Below are positions 48,783 to 58,290 of a stretch of DNA of 64,000 bases, piece by piece. Origin of the DNA: a virus; IMG/VR virus record IMGVR_UViG_3300002334_000124, positions 20,765-84,764 of that record, one strand, 5' to 3'. A model generated the notes under the pieces. It searched no databases and was not told where the DNA came from. It saw nothing but the letters and a program-made list of their open reading frames with translations. The first letter of the stretch is position 1. Every line of letters begins with the position of its first letter. The position numbers and the translations under genes were made by a program.

Positions 48783-49061
48783 ATGGCATTTGCTGGTACT
48801 CAAATTAGGGCTGACGGGGTCAGGTACACGACAGGGACTGGCCCGACGGTTAATCCTGTTCCTACTGAAGGAGATCATCTCATCTATGATGAGACATCAG
48901 GTAAGTATGAACCTACTGCCGTCTCTGCTGGTGGGGTGACTGATCACGGGGCTCTGACTGGTCTCGCTGACGACGACCACACCATCTATCAGCCTGTCCA
49001 TGTGGGCACCACGGCGCCTTCTACTCCTGCAACTGGCGACCTTTGGGTGGATACAAACTAA
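48783..49061 (+). CDS. Small virion/fibre-related protein
   Basis: DHGALTGLADDDH motif shared with gene 6908; GTTAPSTPATGDLWVDT. Confidence 0.6.
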   Translation: MAFAGTQIRADGVRYTTGTGPTVNPVPTEGDHLIYDETSGKYEPTAVSAGGVTDHGALTGLADDDHTIYQPVHVGTTAPSTPATGDLWVDTN

Positions 49062-50098
49062 TGACTCTCTCAATCAAGTTCGCGACTGGCTTCGAGAACG
49101 GCCTCGCTACAGGTAACGCCGAAGGTTCCCTCAGTGGTCCCAACGGTATTCTAGCTGCAGCGAAACGTACGGGTGATTACGGTCTTGACATTGACGCGTC
49201 CGACGACTTCACAGTTACGCCTTTCCCATTTGATTTCACTAAGGCGTTCCATGTTGGATTTGCCATACGTCACGTTGGGTCGTTCTCGGCCGCTGTAGCG
49301 CTGTTGGATATTCTGGAGTCTACGACTACCAACTATTTCAACTTCTATATGGATGCCTCTGGCAGTCTTACGGTAGGCAAGGATAATACTCAGACCGGAG
49401 CGCCCACTCCCGCATATTCATGTGGATCATTCACTGTAGATACCTGGCATTATGTCGAAATAACCGCTCTAATCCATAACTCTGCGGGTGCGATCAAAAT
49501 TAAGATTGACGGCGTCCAAACACTTGATGTGTCCGGGATAGATACCCAGAATAGTGCTACTGCGCCGACGGCTGGTAATAACGCTATCCTTAAATTCGAA
49601 GCTACTGTATCAAAAGATCTCTGGATTGATGACCTAGTTATGGCCGAGGCCTCAAGCACTACTCTAGAATTCTTGGGCGAAGTAGCCATACTCCCTGGTC
49701 GTCCGGACTCTTCCGTGACTTCCGACATGACAGGTAGCGACGGCAACCAGGTCAACAACCATCTACTTGTTGATGAGGACCCACCTGATACCGCTGACTA
49801 TGTAGAGTCGGCAACGGTCGGACATAAAGATACCTACGGCACGGATCTGGCTATTGCGTCGGGAACCACAATTCTCGGCGTAGCCGTTAAGTCGTATGCC
49901 CTCAAGGATGATGGTGGTGCCCGTACCATGGGTCTCTACATTAAAGAGAATGCCACCGCGGACACTTCTGCCGGGAAGGGTCTATCAACAAGCCCTGCGA
50001 TCATCTCTGAGATATGGGAGGTCAACCCTGATACTTCTTCAGCTTGGACCGTGACTGCAGTTAATGCCGCAGAAATCGGCGTAGAGATTGTAAGCTAA
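49061..50098 (+). CDS. Virion protein with LamG/concanavalin-like domain
   Basis: TAATG-coupled; DTWHYVEI, IKIDGVQ, WIDDLV. Confidence 0.65.
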   Translation: MTLSIKFATGFENGLATGNAEGSLSGPNGILAAAKRTGDYGLDIDASDDFTVTPFPFDFTKAFHVGFAIRHVGSFSAAVALLDILESTTTNYFNFYMDASGSLTVGKDNTQTGAPTPAYSCGSFTVDTWHYVEITALIHNSAGAIKIKIDGVQTLDVSGIDTQNSATAPTAGNNAILKFEATVSKDLWIDDLVMAEASSTTLEFLGEVAILPGRPDSSVTSDMTGSDGNQVNNHLLVDEDPPDTADYVESATVGHKDTYGTDLAIASGTTILGVAVKSYALKDDGGARTMGLYIKENATADTSAGKGLSTSPAIISEIWEVNPDTSSAWTVTAVNAAEIGVEIVS

Positions 50099-50102
50099 TC
50101 CC

Positions 50103-50387
50103 ATGACGGTAGGTAGAGCGACCCAGGTCTATACCGAGGTCATAGCGCAACCCGATCCTACGGGTCGTGCCACTCAGGTATATGCAGAAGTAATCGCACA
50201 GCCTTCTCCGAACGGTCGCGCCACTCAGGTGTACATCGAAGTAATCACTTTGGTGACGACTACTTCCCAAGTGAAGTACTGGACCGGCGCCGCGTGGGAA
50301 TTAAAAGATCTCAAGCGTTGGGATGGGGCGGAGTGGGCAGACACGACGCTGAAGCGTTGGAACGGTTCCTCTTGGGTGACTGTCTAA
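50103..50387 (+). CDS. Small virion protein with internal repeats
   Basis: 3x GRATQVYxEVI and 3x W-x-G-x-x-W. Confidence 0.6.
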   Translation: MTVGRATQVYTEVIAQPDPTGRATQVYAEVIAQPSPNGRATQVYIEVITLVTTTSQVKYWTGAAWELKDLKRWDGAEWADTTLKRWNGSSWVTV

Positions 50388-50393
50388 ACTAGA

Positions 50394-50420
50394 AGAGACC
50401 CCCTCGAAAGGGGGCCTCCT
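50394..50420. terminator. Hairpin between convergent arms (possible bidirectional terminator)
   Basis: GAGACCCCCT-CGAA-AGGGGGCCTC. Confidence 0.55.
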
Positions 50421-50552
50421 CGCTTTGAGTCGAAGAATCTCCATGCGTCCCCAAGGGGACTGTCACATGATTGGTCCTCCTCTCACCCACCTGCAACGGG
50501 GTTCGATGTCAGCATCATTATTCTATCGGTATTTGGGGCCACAAATCAAGAG

Positions 50553-50774
50553 CTAATTGGATTTACGTCGCGCTCTACGTGCAAGTCGTTCCCGTTTCCT
50601 GACAGCGATACAGATCTTGCACGCACTACGAAGGTCTGATGCGTGAGGTAGTCCACATCTATTCTTCGGGATGGGACAGCCACCTAAGCTACGTAGCGCA
50701 GTCTGATACGCGAGTTCGTAGTCGGGGTCTATTCGTCGTTCTCTGAAGTAACGCTCAGCACCAGTGGGAGACAT
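50553..50774 (-). CDS. Small basic Cys-rich protein
   Basis: C.....C...H......CKIC plus Arg-rich tail. Confidence 0.45.
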   Translation of the reverse strand: MSPTGAERYFRERRIDPDYELAYQTALRSLGGCPIPKNRCGLPHASDLRSACKICIAVRKRERLARRARRKSN

Positions 50775-50790
50775 GCAACTACCATACAGG

Positions 50791-53250
50791 TTAAGACGCT
50801 TCAGTCATCGCCTTGCGAAGAGCGACGACGCTGGTGGAGTACTCGTCGGGGAGTCGCATGGTTCTACCCATGTAACGTACGGTAACGGGTCCGTCGCCTT
50901 TGCTTTTGAGAATCAGTTCTTTGAGCATCTCGGGTGAGTAGCTATCGGGTAGCCAGACGTGCACGTTGCGGCAGGTAGAGAGAGCACGCTGGAAGAGTTT
51001 GCAGGTCTCAACCAGGATCTTGGTGCCGTTGCGGTCGTCTTCGGGTCTGCCATTCACGTATACGACTGCGTCTTCTTCGATGAACTGGCCGAACAACTTA
51101 GTCTGACGAGGAAATAAGACGCAGCTAATGGTGCCTGTCATGTCTTCGATGTCAAATATCTTCATTAGGTCACCTTTCTTGGTCCACTTGTTGTCGACCT
51201 TGGTGATGATCCCTGCGATGGTGCCCTTGTACCAACTATCTTCTTCCATCTCGTTGAGTTCAGCGATGGTGTACGAGATGTCCTCATCCAGTATTTCCTG
51301 TATGTCAGCGAGGGGATGGCCCGAGATGTATGCGCCTAGGTACTCTTTCTCTAGAGAGAGGAGCTCTGCCTGGTCGTAGTGCAGGTCAGGGATGCCTACC
51401 TTGGCGACCTCGGGTTCGACACTGAACAGCTGCAGGTCACCTAGTTTCTCGATTCGTTTGGAGTCTTTCTTCATCTGCGCCTGGATCTGAGGGTAGATCT
51501 GTACCAGGCCGCGACGTGGATGACCGAGAGCATCGAACGCACCTGATGACACTAGGGCATTGACGACGCTCTTGTTAAGGGCTTTCGCTCCGACACGTTC
51601 GGTGTAGTCAAAGAAGTCTTTGTAGTCCCCTTCGGCTTCGCGTTGCTCCACGATTTCCTGTGCCGGACCTTCACCTACGTCACGGATCCCGAGGAACCCG
51701 CATATCAGCGTAGTGTCATCCAACGGGCGGAAGTTTCGTTCGCTCCGGTTGATCTGTGGCCCCATCACAGTCAGACCCATGCGTTTACATTCGGACAGGT
51801 AGATGCTCAGCTTGTCTTGCTTCCTCTGAGCGCTGGTAAGGAGGGCAGCCATGAACTCTATTGGGTAGTTAGACTTCAGGTAGGCAGCCCAGTACGTAAT
51901 GAGGCCGTAACCCACAGAGTGGGATTTATTGAAGGCATAATTTGAAAACTCAGCTACCGTGCTGAACAGTTTGTCGGCTAGTTCTTGACCAAAGCCGCGA
52001 TCTACCATGCCTCCTACGAACTTGTCTTCTTCTTCCGCCATGGCTTCGGGTAGTTTCTTGGCACAGGTCTTGAGCAGTAGGTATGCCTCACCGAGGGAGT
52101 AGCCAGCGAAGTGCTGTGCTACGTCCATTAGTTGCTCCTGATATATCATCAGACCGTAGGTCTCTTTGAGCATCTTCCTGGCATCTTCGTGGAACACTTC
52201 GATCGATGCGCGTCCATTCTTGCGGTCTGCGTAGTCGATGTGCATGTTCGCAGCGAGAGGACCGGGACGATAGAGCGCCAGCACGGCAGCGATGTGTTCG
52301 AACTCGGTGGGTATTAGATCACGCAACAACGCACGCATCTGTGTGCCTTCGAGCTGGAACACTCCAATGGTTTCGCCTGCCTGGAGTGTCTCGAATGTCT
52401 TCTCGTCGCCTAGAGGCAGAGCGTTCAGGTCGATGTCTACTTGGTGACGTTCGAAGATCAATTTGAGCGCGTCAGAGAGCACGTCTAGAGTGGTTAGTCC
52501 GAGGAAGTCTTCCTTCAGCAGGCCGAGATCTTCGATCGCATGCATCTCGTACTGGGTGGTGATGGGACCATCCGGTTTCTTCTGGATCGGAGTGTAGTTG
52601 ATCAGTGGTTTGGGGGCTATCACCACAGCAGCAGCATGAATGCCATAGGATCGTCGCAGACCCTCTAATCCCATGGCTACATCTACGACTTCACGCACGT
52701 TGGAGTCCGCCGAGTACATGGAGCGTAGAGTCCCGGCTTGGTCGTATCCGTCTTTGTACCTCTCGGATTCGACAAGGCATGCCTTCAGCGGAGTGTCCCG
52801 ACCGAACAACAGAGGGGGCAGGGCTTTGGCGATGAGATCTCCTGTACTGTACGGCTTGTCGAGCACTCGGGCAGCATCTCGTACGGCTTGACGGCTCTTG
52901 ATCGTGCCGAAGGTGATGATCTGTGCCACATGGTCTTCGCCGTAGGTCTTAGCACAGTAGTTGATCATGTGTTCCCGGTAGCGTGAGTCGATGTCGATGT
53001 CGATATCACATAGAGAAGCTGCTTTGCCATACTGAACTGACAACCCCTCAGGGATCTTCATTGGCTTTTCGTTGGTTAGTCCTATAACGTACAATACGGT
53101 TGAGCTTTGCGGATTCGAATATGTGGACTCAGATGTATCGAACATCTCCACGATAGCGTCGACCATGCCTGGCGTCGCGAAGATAGCTGCGGCCTCGTCA
53201 TCTAGCCATTGTTTGTTCGCTGAATCCTTCCTCGGAGAGAAAGTGATCAT
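50791..53250 (-). CDS. dnaE: DNA polymerase III alpha, C-terminal part (catalytic Asp residues, fingers, HhH, OB); start uncertain, frame open to 53352
   Basis: CDIDID, QIITFG, GIHAAAVV, KEDFLGL, GVFQLE, YAFNKSH, YISGHPL. Confidence 0.92.
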   Translation of the reverse strand: MITFSPRKDSANKQWLDDEAAAIFATPGMVDAIVEMFDTSESTYSNPQSSTVLYVIGLTNEKPMKIPEGLSVQYGKAASLCDIDIDIDSRYREHMINYCAKTYGEDHVAQIITFGTIKSRQAVRDAARVLDKPYSTGDLIAKALPPLLFGRDTPLKACLVESERYKDGYDQAGTLRSMYSADSNVREVVDVAMGLEGLRRSYGIHAAAVVIAPKPLINYTPIQKKPDGPITTQYEMHAIEDLGLLKEDFLGLTTLDVLSDALKLIFERHQVDIDLNALPLGDEKTFETLQAGETIGVFQLEGTQMRALLRDLIPTEFEHIAAVLALYRPGPLAANMHIDYADRKNGRASIEVFHEDARKMLKETYGLMIYQEQLMDVAQHFAGYSLGEAYLLLKTCAKKLPEAMAEEEDKFVGGMVDRGFGQELADKLFSTVAEFSNYAFNKSHSVGYGLITYWAAYLKSNYPIEFMAALLTSAQRKQDKLSIYLSECKRMGLTVMGPQINRSERNFRPLDDTTLICGFLGIRDVGEGPAQEIVEQREAEGDYKDFFDYTERVGAKALNKSVVNALVSSGAFDALGHPRRGLVQIYPQIQAQMKKDSKRIEKLGDLQLFSVEPEVAKVGIPDLHYDQAELLSLEKEYLGAYISGHPLADIQEILDEDISYTIAELNEMEEDSWYKGTIAGIITKVDNKWTKKGDLMKIFDIEDMTGTISCVLFPRQTKLFGQFIEEDAVVYVNGRPEDDRNGTKILVETCKLFQRALSTCRNVHVWLPDSYSPEMLKELILKSKGDGPVTVRYMGRTMRLPDEYSTSVVALRKAMTEAS

Positions 53251-53260
53251 GTTGCGAAAT

Positions 53261-54013
53261 CTAGAAGAGTTGCTTAGCTCGTTCATATTTCCTATCCAGG
53301 CTAATGTTCGAATCTTTGTATAGCCAGATGATGGTATCTCTATGAGCTTCAAGTGCCCATATGGATTTGTGTTTCATTATGGACCCAGATCGTGGCAGTT
53401 CTTGTTTTAGCCAGGACATCATCGCATGCGTCCCAACCACTTTCAGCCTAAAAGTTTTGCCCGATATGGCCACGCTCCCATCACCGTCGACAAAACCACG
53501 AATGAAATGTCGAATCAATTCTTCGTCGTCTATGTTCGGCGGATTGAGATCGTGTGTTTTGTTTGGATGACAACCATGACTCCAAAGATCTGTGACCATC
53601 TGATGACTGGTTATCGCTAAGCGCGCTACTTTTGCTTTGCCATAAGACGTGACTTGTGAGAATAGGTGAACTGGATATGTAGACGAAAGATCTTTAGCCA
53701 GCCTTACGAGATGTGTTTGGTCTTTGTCGCTGAGGTCGACCTTGAGCACGTATTGACCGTCGTAACAACCTGAGGAACTGTCAGCATAGAGAAAGCCTAG
53801 CCAATAGGCTTTCTTTTCGTTGTTGATTTCGGAGAAGAAGGAGTGATTGACCTCATACCTCCTACTGTTCACCTTGTTTGATCGACATTCGATGCCTTCG
53901 CGCTTGAGTATCCAGTAAACTTGATGGGCCTTGAGCCCAATTTCGTGCCCGACGATCGCGGCTGACTTGCCTTCATCGTACAATTCCAAGATTCTCTGAG
54001 TATGATTTTCCAT
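53261..54013 (-). mobile_element. LAGLIDADG homing endonuclease with N-terminal HTH, inserted in dnaE
   Basis: KAYWLGFLYADS and RHFIRGFVDGDG; own RBS AGGGAGGT. Confidence 0.88.
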
Positions 54014-55319
54014 TATACGTGACCTCCCTACTGTTGCTATCGACTTCGAGAGCCGTCAATTCAACTTGGTACTTGAAAACATCGTCCATAGCACCACGGG
54101 CAGGATTCAGGAAACGTTCGAAGAGTAGCCCGTACTTGAGGGGGTCTACGTCTGTGATCCCGAGACAGTAAGCCACGGCGCAGCCACCTGCTGAGCCACG
54201 ACCAGGACCTACCATGATGCCTACGCTTTTGGCGTGACGAATCAGGTCCCATGTGATAAGGAAGTAGCCAGGGAATCCCATCTGACATATGACGTCAAGC
54301 TCATATTCGAGCCGGTTCACAACCTCGCTGGTTAGTGTCCCGTATCTACGTTCTGCACCATCTATGACGAGGGCGCGCAGATAGTCTTCTTCGTCCGCGT
54401 ACCCGTCGGGGATATCGAAGTGTGGCATGTGGACCGTGTCGAAGTCGATGTCGATGTCAGCCCGTTCAGCGATCAGCAACGTATTGTCGCACGCCACTTC
54501 TACTTCACGGAACAGATGCCTCATTTCGTAGGCTGACTTGAGGTAATGCTCGTGTCCGTGGAACTTGAACCGGTTCGGGTCGGACATCTTCGACCCTGTC
54601 TGTACGCAAAGTAACGCAGAATGGGCCATAGAGTCAGATGACAAGGTGTAGTGCGAATCGTTGGTGGCTACTAGGGGCGCGCCTATAGCTTTAGAGATCT
54701 CGATGAGCTGCGGGTTTGTCTGTGTCTGTTCAGGAATCCCGTGGTCTTGTATCTCGATGAAGAAGTTTTCTTTACCAACGATGTCCTGGAACCTGCTGGC
54801 TGCTTCTGTGGCTGCTCCCACGTCGCCGCGTAGCAATTCCTGAAGGACGATGCCCCCCAGACAGCCCGACGTCACTATGAGGCCCTCAGCGTGGTCTGAG
54901 AGGATGTCCCAATCAATGCGAGGCTTACGCCAGAACCCCTTGAGGAACGCATCTGACGACAGCTTCATCAGATTCTGATAGCCCTCGTTGTTGTGGGCGA
55001 TGACAGTTAGATGATGAAATGCCTTCTGACCGTCTTCGGTCTCGCCCCCGAAGTCGTCTATGGTTTTCTTCTTCGGCTTCGGACGGTCGGCCACACTGTG
55101 TCGCGCCATGTAAAGCTCGTTGCCGATGAGAGGTTTGATGCCCTGCTTCTTGCATTCCTTGTAGAAAGGGATCGCCCCGTACATGTTTCCATGGTCGGTG
55201 CAGGCTATGGCAGGTTGCCCATCAGCAACTGCGGCGCTTACCAGTTCCTCAATTTTCGAAGCCCCGTCAAGCATGCTGTACTCGCTATGGACATGACAGT
55301 GCACAAACGAATCAGTCAT
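53973..55319 (-). CDS. dnaE: DNA polymerase III alpha, N-terminal part (PHP domain plus start of palm)
   Basis: [41 protein letters not shown]; start MTDSF at 55319. Confidence 0.92.
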   Translation of the reverse strand: MTDSFVHCHVHSEYSMLDGASKIEELVSAAVADGQPAIACTDHGNMYGAIPFYKECKKQGIKPLIGNELYMARHSVADRPKPKKKTIDDFGGETEDGQKAFHHLTVIAHNNEGYQNLMKLSSDAFLKGFWRKPRIDWDILSDHAEGLIVTSGCLGGIVLQELLRGDVGAATEAASRFQDIVGKENFFIEIQDHGIPEQTQTNPQLIEISKAIGAPLVATNDSHYTLSSDSMAHSALLCVQTGSKMSDPNRFKFHGHEHYLKSAYEMRHLFREVEVACDNTLLIAERADIDIDFDTVHMPHFDIPDGYADEEDYLRALVIDGAERRYGTLTSEVVNRLEYELDVICQMGFPGYFLITWDLIRHAKSVGIMVGPGRGSAGGCAVAYCLGITDVDPLKYGLLFERFLNPARGAMDDVFKYQVELTALEVDSNSREVTYNGKSYSENLGIVR

Positions 55320-55650
55320 CAATCGTTGCCTTTTTCCATGGGATGGCATCACACAGATATTCTAGGTAAGGAGGTAGTAGCACAATTGCAGTCATGGGCG
55401 AACTTGAATACTTGCCGAGGGCACGTTCGAGGGAAGCTAATCTTTCACAGACGTCGCAACTATAAAAATCTAGCCACGCCTGTGGAGTGTTGTTTCTGCC
55501 ACACTGGCAACATCTACCGGGAAAATCGGAGGTTGCTAAGACTGCTGCTCGCATTCGGCCATCATGCAGCAAAATGCCATCTTGATATGGAGCCCAAGAA
55601 AGCGAAACCCCCAGGATCACCAGTCCGCGAGGCGTCATTAAGTTGACCAT
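55312..55650 (-). CDS. Zn-finger paralogue 7
   Basis: [43 protein letters not shown]. Confidence 0.75.
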   Translation of the reverse strand: MVNLMTPRGLVILGVSLSWAPYQDGILLHDGRMRAAVLATSDFPGRCCQCGRNNTPQAWLDFYSCDVCERLASLERALGKYSSSPMTAIVLLPPYLEYLCDAIPWKKATIDD

Positions 55651-55958
55651 TGGGTTGTTGCTCCTTTCCATGATGTGTCGCTGCATAGGTATGCTAGATG
55701 TAAAGGTAACTGCACGATCCGGGTCTTCACGAACGGAACGGAACGTGGGCAGACTTCACAACGATATTCATCTGCCCGTCGCTGCATGAAGTTGGCACGA
55801 CCACATCTGCAGCACCTACCGAGAATATCAGGAGTCGCTAAGACTATCGGAAATATTGATGATAGATGTTCAACGTACAGAACTCCATCTTGATACGGAG
55901 CCCAAGATATCGGGACTCCGAGGATTACCAATCCTTCGTACGTTACGAAGCTAACCAT
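55638..55958 (-). CDS. Zn-finger paralogue 6
   Basis: MVSFVTYEGLVILG..QDGVL..GRCCRCG..CEVC..LPLHLAYLC. Confidence 0.75.
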   Translation of the reverse strand: MVSFVTYEGLVILGVPISWAPYQDGVLYVEHLSSIFPIVLATPDILGRCCRCGRANFMQRRADEYRCEVCPRSVPFVKTRIVQLPLHLAYLCSDTSWKGATTQWST

Positions 55959-56319
55959 ATCTACACCGTGCGTCGCAGAGGTACTCCAGATGGGGGGGCA
56001 CAATCACGACTGAAGTTAAAACATTGAGTCCCAGATATGACGAACGCGTCCCAAGGATATTCAGACAGTGTCCACAACAATAGATATTTCTGTACGGCCA
56101 ATCGATAGGGAGACGTTTACACCAATAACCTGTTCCGATAGATCGATGAGTGTCAGATCGACCACATTCGCAACACCTGCTGCGGTGGCTACCACTGGCT
56201 AAGACTATTGACTGACTCTTCGAACCGTCCCACACAATGCCATCTCGGTGTGGGATCGAATCATGTTTGACTGCGTCCAGCATCACCAATCCTTCTCGGA
56301 TCATGAAGTTAACTGTCAT
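55951..56319 (-). CDS. Zn-finger paralogue 5
   Basis: MTVNFMIREGLVML..RDGIV..RCCECG..CGHC..PPHLEYLC. Confidence 0.75.
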   Translation of the reverse strand: MTVNFMIREGLVMLDAVKHDSIPHRDGIVWDGSKSQSIVLASGSHRSRCCECGRSDTHRSIGTGYWCKRLPIDWPYRNIYCCGHCLNILGTRSSYLGLNVLTSVVIVPPHLEYLCDARCRYG

Positions 56320-56641
56320 CGCAGAGATACTCCAGATAACGAGGCAGCCTCAGAATGGCAGTTAGCACCACGTTGAGTTTGCGATTGACGCCTCTGCCTT
56401 TGCAATTTACACAACAATGAACATTCGCCCATAGCCACTCAATGCTGAACAGGGTGCAGATGCCTCTGTCCTCATACGCAAAGCCATTTCCACTACCACA
56501 GGTGCCGCATTTGCTTCTGTCTCCGGGTCCGACTAGGACTATCTTCTGACGGTGCGGGCCATTGAATAGGATGCCGTCTTCGCATTTCTCGCCTATCCCG
56601 AGTATGACCAATCCTTGCGGGATCATGATGTTAACGGTCAC
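56309..56641 (-). CDS. Zn-finger paralogue 4
   Basis: MTVNIMIPQGLVILG..EDGIL..KCGTCG..CVNC..LPRYLEYLC. Confidence 0.75.
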   Translation of the reverse strand: MTVNIMIPQGLVILGIGEKCEDGILFNGPHRQKIVLVGPGDRSKCGTCGSGNGFAYEDRGICTLFSIEWLWANVHCCVNCKGRGVNRKLNVVLTAILRLPRYLEYLCDDS

Positions 56642-56915
56642 GACACAACCATTCTAGATGATGCGGCAGTGTCAGGACTGCAGTGGCTGTCGGACATGTT
56701 GGACAATAGTAGGTTTTAAAGCTAAGCTTCATAGGGATCCCGTCCACGGTCTCCCCACATTGACAACATCTACCGGGGTTGTCGGAAGTTGTAAAGACTA
56801 CTGGGACTCGCCAGCCGCTATCTCTGACTAGGACACCGTCGTGATGTAGTGTCTCGTCATCGAATTCCACGTCCAGTATGATCAACCCTTCTGACGTCAT
56901 CAGGTTAATGGTCAT
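56631..56915 (-). CDS. Zn-finger paralogue 3
   Basis: MTINLMTSEGLIIL..HDGVL..GRCCQCG..CPTC..LPHHLEWLC. Confidence 0.75.
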   Translation of the reverse strand: MTINLMTSEGLIILDVEFDDETLHHDGVLVRDSGWRVPVVFTTSDNPGRCCQCGETVDGIPMKLSFKTYYCPTCPTATAVLTLPHHLEWLCRDR

Positions 56916-56923
56916 GGCACAGG

Positions 56924-57286
56924 TTAACAGTCACGACATAGGAACTCCAGGTGAGAGGGCAGAGGTAAAAGTGCCGTTAAGATCATGTCGTACTGTGGTC
57001 CTGACTTACATCCTACACAACGGTAAGTGTCAGCCCATGGCCAGTCGATGGGGAATATCGAGCAAAGCCCTCCAGGATCCACTGCTGGGGCGCTTTCCTT
57101 GCCACAACCCCAACACCTACCCTTGTAGCAGCGGGTTGTTAGAACTATTGGTTGAACCCGGTTGGCGTTCATCAGGATGCCATCCTCGTATCCTTTTAAG
57201 CGAGCGGTGATTTTGGTGTAAACTCCGCCGCGATATACGCCGCCGAGTATCACCAATCCTTTTGGGATCATCAGGTTGACAGTCAT
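56924..57286 (-). CDS. Zn-finger paralogue 2
   Basis: MTVNLMIPKGLVILG..EDGIL..GRCWGCG..CVGC..LPSHLEFLC. Confidence 0.75.
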   Translation of the reverse strand: MTVNLMIPKGLVILGGVYRGGVYTKITARLKGYEDGILMNANRVQPIVLTTRCYKGRCWGCGKESAPAVDPGGLCSIFPIDWPWADTYRCVGCKSGPQYDMILTALLPLPSHLEFLCRDC

Positions 57287-57678
57287 ATGGGACTCAAATT
57301 GACTGTCCATGATTTGCCACCGCTCCATGGCTCACTGGTGCACAGATACTCCAGGCAAGGAGGGAGGAAGATCAGCAGAGTTGTTTTGGTCCCACTAATG
57401 GGAAGACCCGGACAGTCTATACAGGTATGAGTACCGACGTAGGCGTAGTAGGCGCCGGTCGAGTATTTCTGTTTCTTGTTGTGCGAACCACATCTGGAAC
57501 ACCTACCCCAGTATCGTGACGTTGCCAATACTATTGATCGCATTATCTGATAACGATGATTGAACAGGATGCCATCCTGGTACGGATCCCAATACGATAG
57601 GTCCGACTTTTCCGCGGCACATCGAGCCGATACGCCCAGTAGAACTAGACCTTCTTTGACGGGTATGTTGACAGTCAT
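57283..57678 (-). CDS. Zn-finger paralogue 1
   Basis: AGGAGGT RBS; MTVNIPVKEGLVLLG..QDGIL..GRCSRCG..CIDC..LPPCLEYLC. Confidence 0.75.
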   Translation of the reverse strand: MTVNIPVKEGLVLLGVSARCAAEKSDLSYWDPYQDGILFNHRYQIMRSIVLATSRYWGRCSRCGSHNKKQKYSTGAYYAYVGTHTCIDCPGLPISGTKTTLLIFLPPCLEYLCTSEPWSGGKSWTVNLSPI

Positions 57679-57712
57679 TCAGGACCTCCTGTCTGGGTTG
57701 TGGACGTAACAG

Positions 57713-57741
57713 AAGCTAGCAGTGTAGTAGAGATGCGTCAA
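57713..57741 (-). promoter_or_regulatory. SigA-type promoter TTGACG-N17-TAGCTT with extended -10 TG
   Basis: Direct reading; near twin at 60015-60043. Confidence 0.65.
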
Positions 57742-57754
57742 GCTGAAAGACTTA

Positions 57755-58281
57755 GGAGAGGCGCGATAGGTATGGGTTTCGTGGTGAGCGTGGCCCCTCC
57801 CTTAGAATCGAAGTTGGCTGGCGCGTGAGTTTTGGGTTCCGACGCTCTTTTGGCCAGACCAACTTCAGAGTTGTCAAGAAATAACCGGAGTGCGGCGTCA
57901 GTTTCATGGGTTTCGCACCTGTCATGGCTGCACCCCGGTAGAGAATGGAACTGGCTGGCGATGCTCGTTTGGGTTCAGACATGTCCTTGGCCAACCAGTT
58001 CCAAGAGGTAACCGAGCGTGACGAAGTATTAAGGGGTTTCGCAGCATCCTGGTCACGCTCGGTAGAAATGAGGATTGCCCTGGTTGACGGTGACACTCTG
58101 GGTTTCGCGAAGTTCAAGATCAACCAGGGTAGAAAAAGTAGGGAAGGTAGAAAGGGTAGAAAATGATCCCCTACCGCGGACTCACAGTGGGTTTCGTCGT
58201 TACTCTGGCAGGTAGGGGATCAGAGAATGGTGGACTGGCGGCTTTTCCGTGGGTTTCGCGTCATGGTTGGCCAGCCCGCCA
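57755..58281 (-). ncRNA. TIGR-like stem-loop guide array, 8 units
   Basis: Each unit on - strand: stem-GGCCA-N9-CGAAACCCA-N9-CGCC-stem; loop repeats at + 57773, 57833, 57907, 57970, 58033, 58099, 58188, 58250. Confidence 0.88.
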
Positions 58282-58290
58282 GAATAAAAC

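Noticed and set aside
53261-54013. Intein or split intein in dnaE
   Set aside because: The endonuclease is out of frame with both halves, and no intein splice-junction motifs are visible.
55602-55612. Isolated GCGAAACCCCC resembling the guide loop repeat
   Set aside because: Opposite strand, inside a coding region, with no flanking boxes or stem.
55312-57678. Diversity-generating retroelement
   Set aside because: No reverse transcriptase in the window, and variation is not adenine-specific between near-identical repeats.
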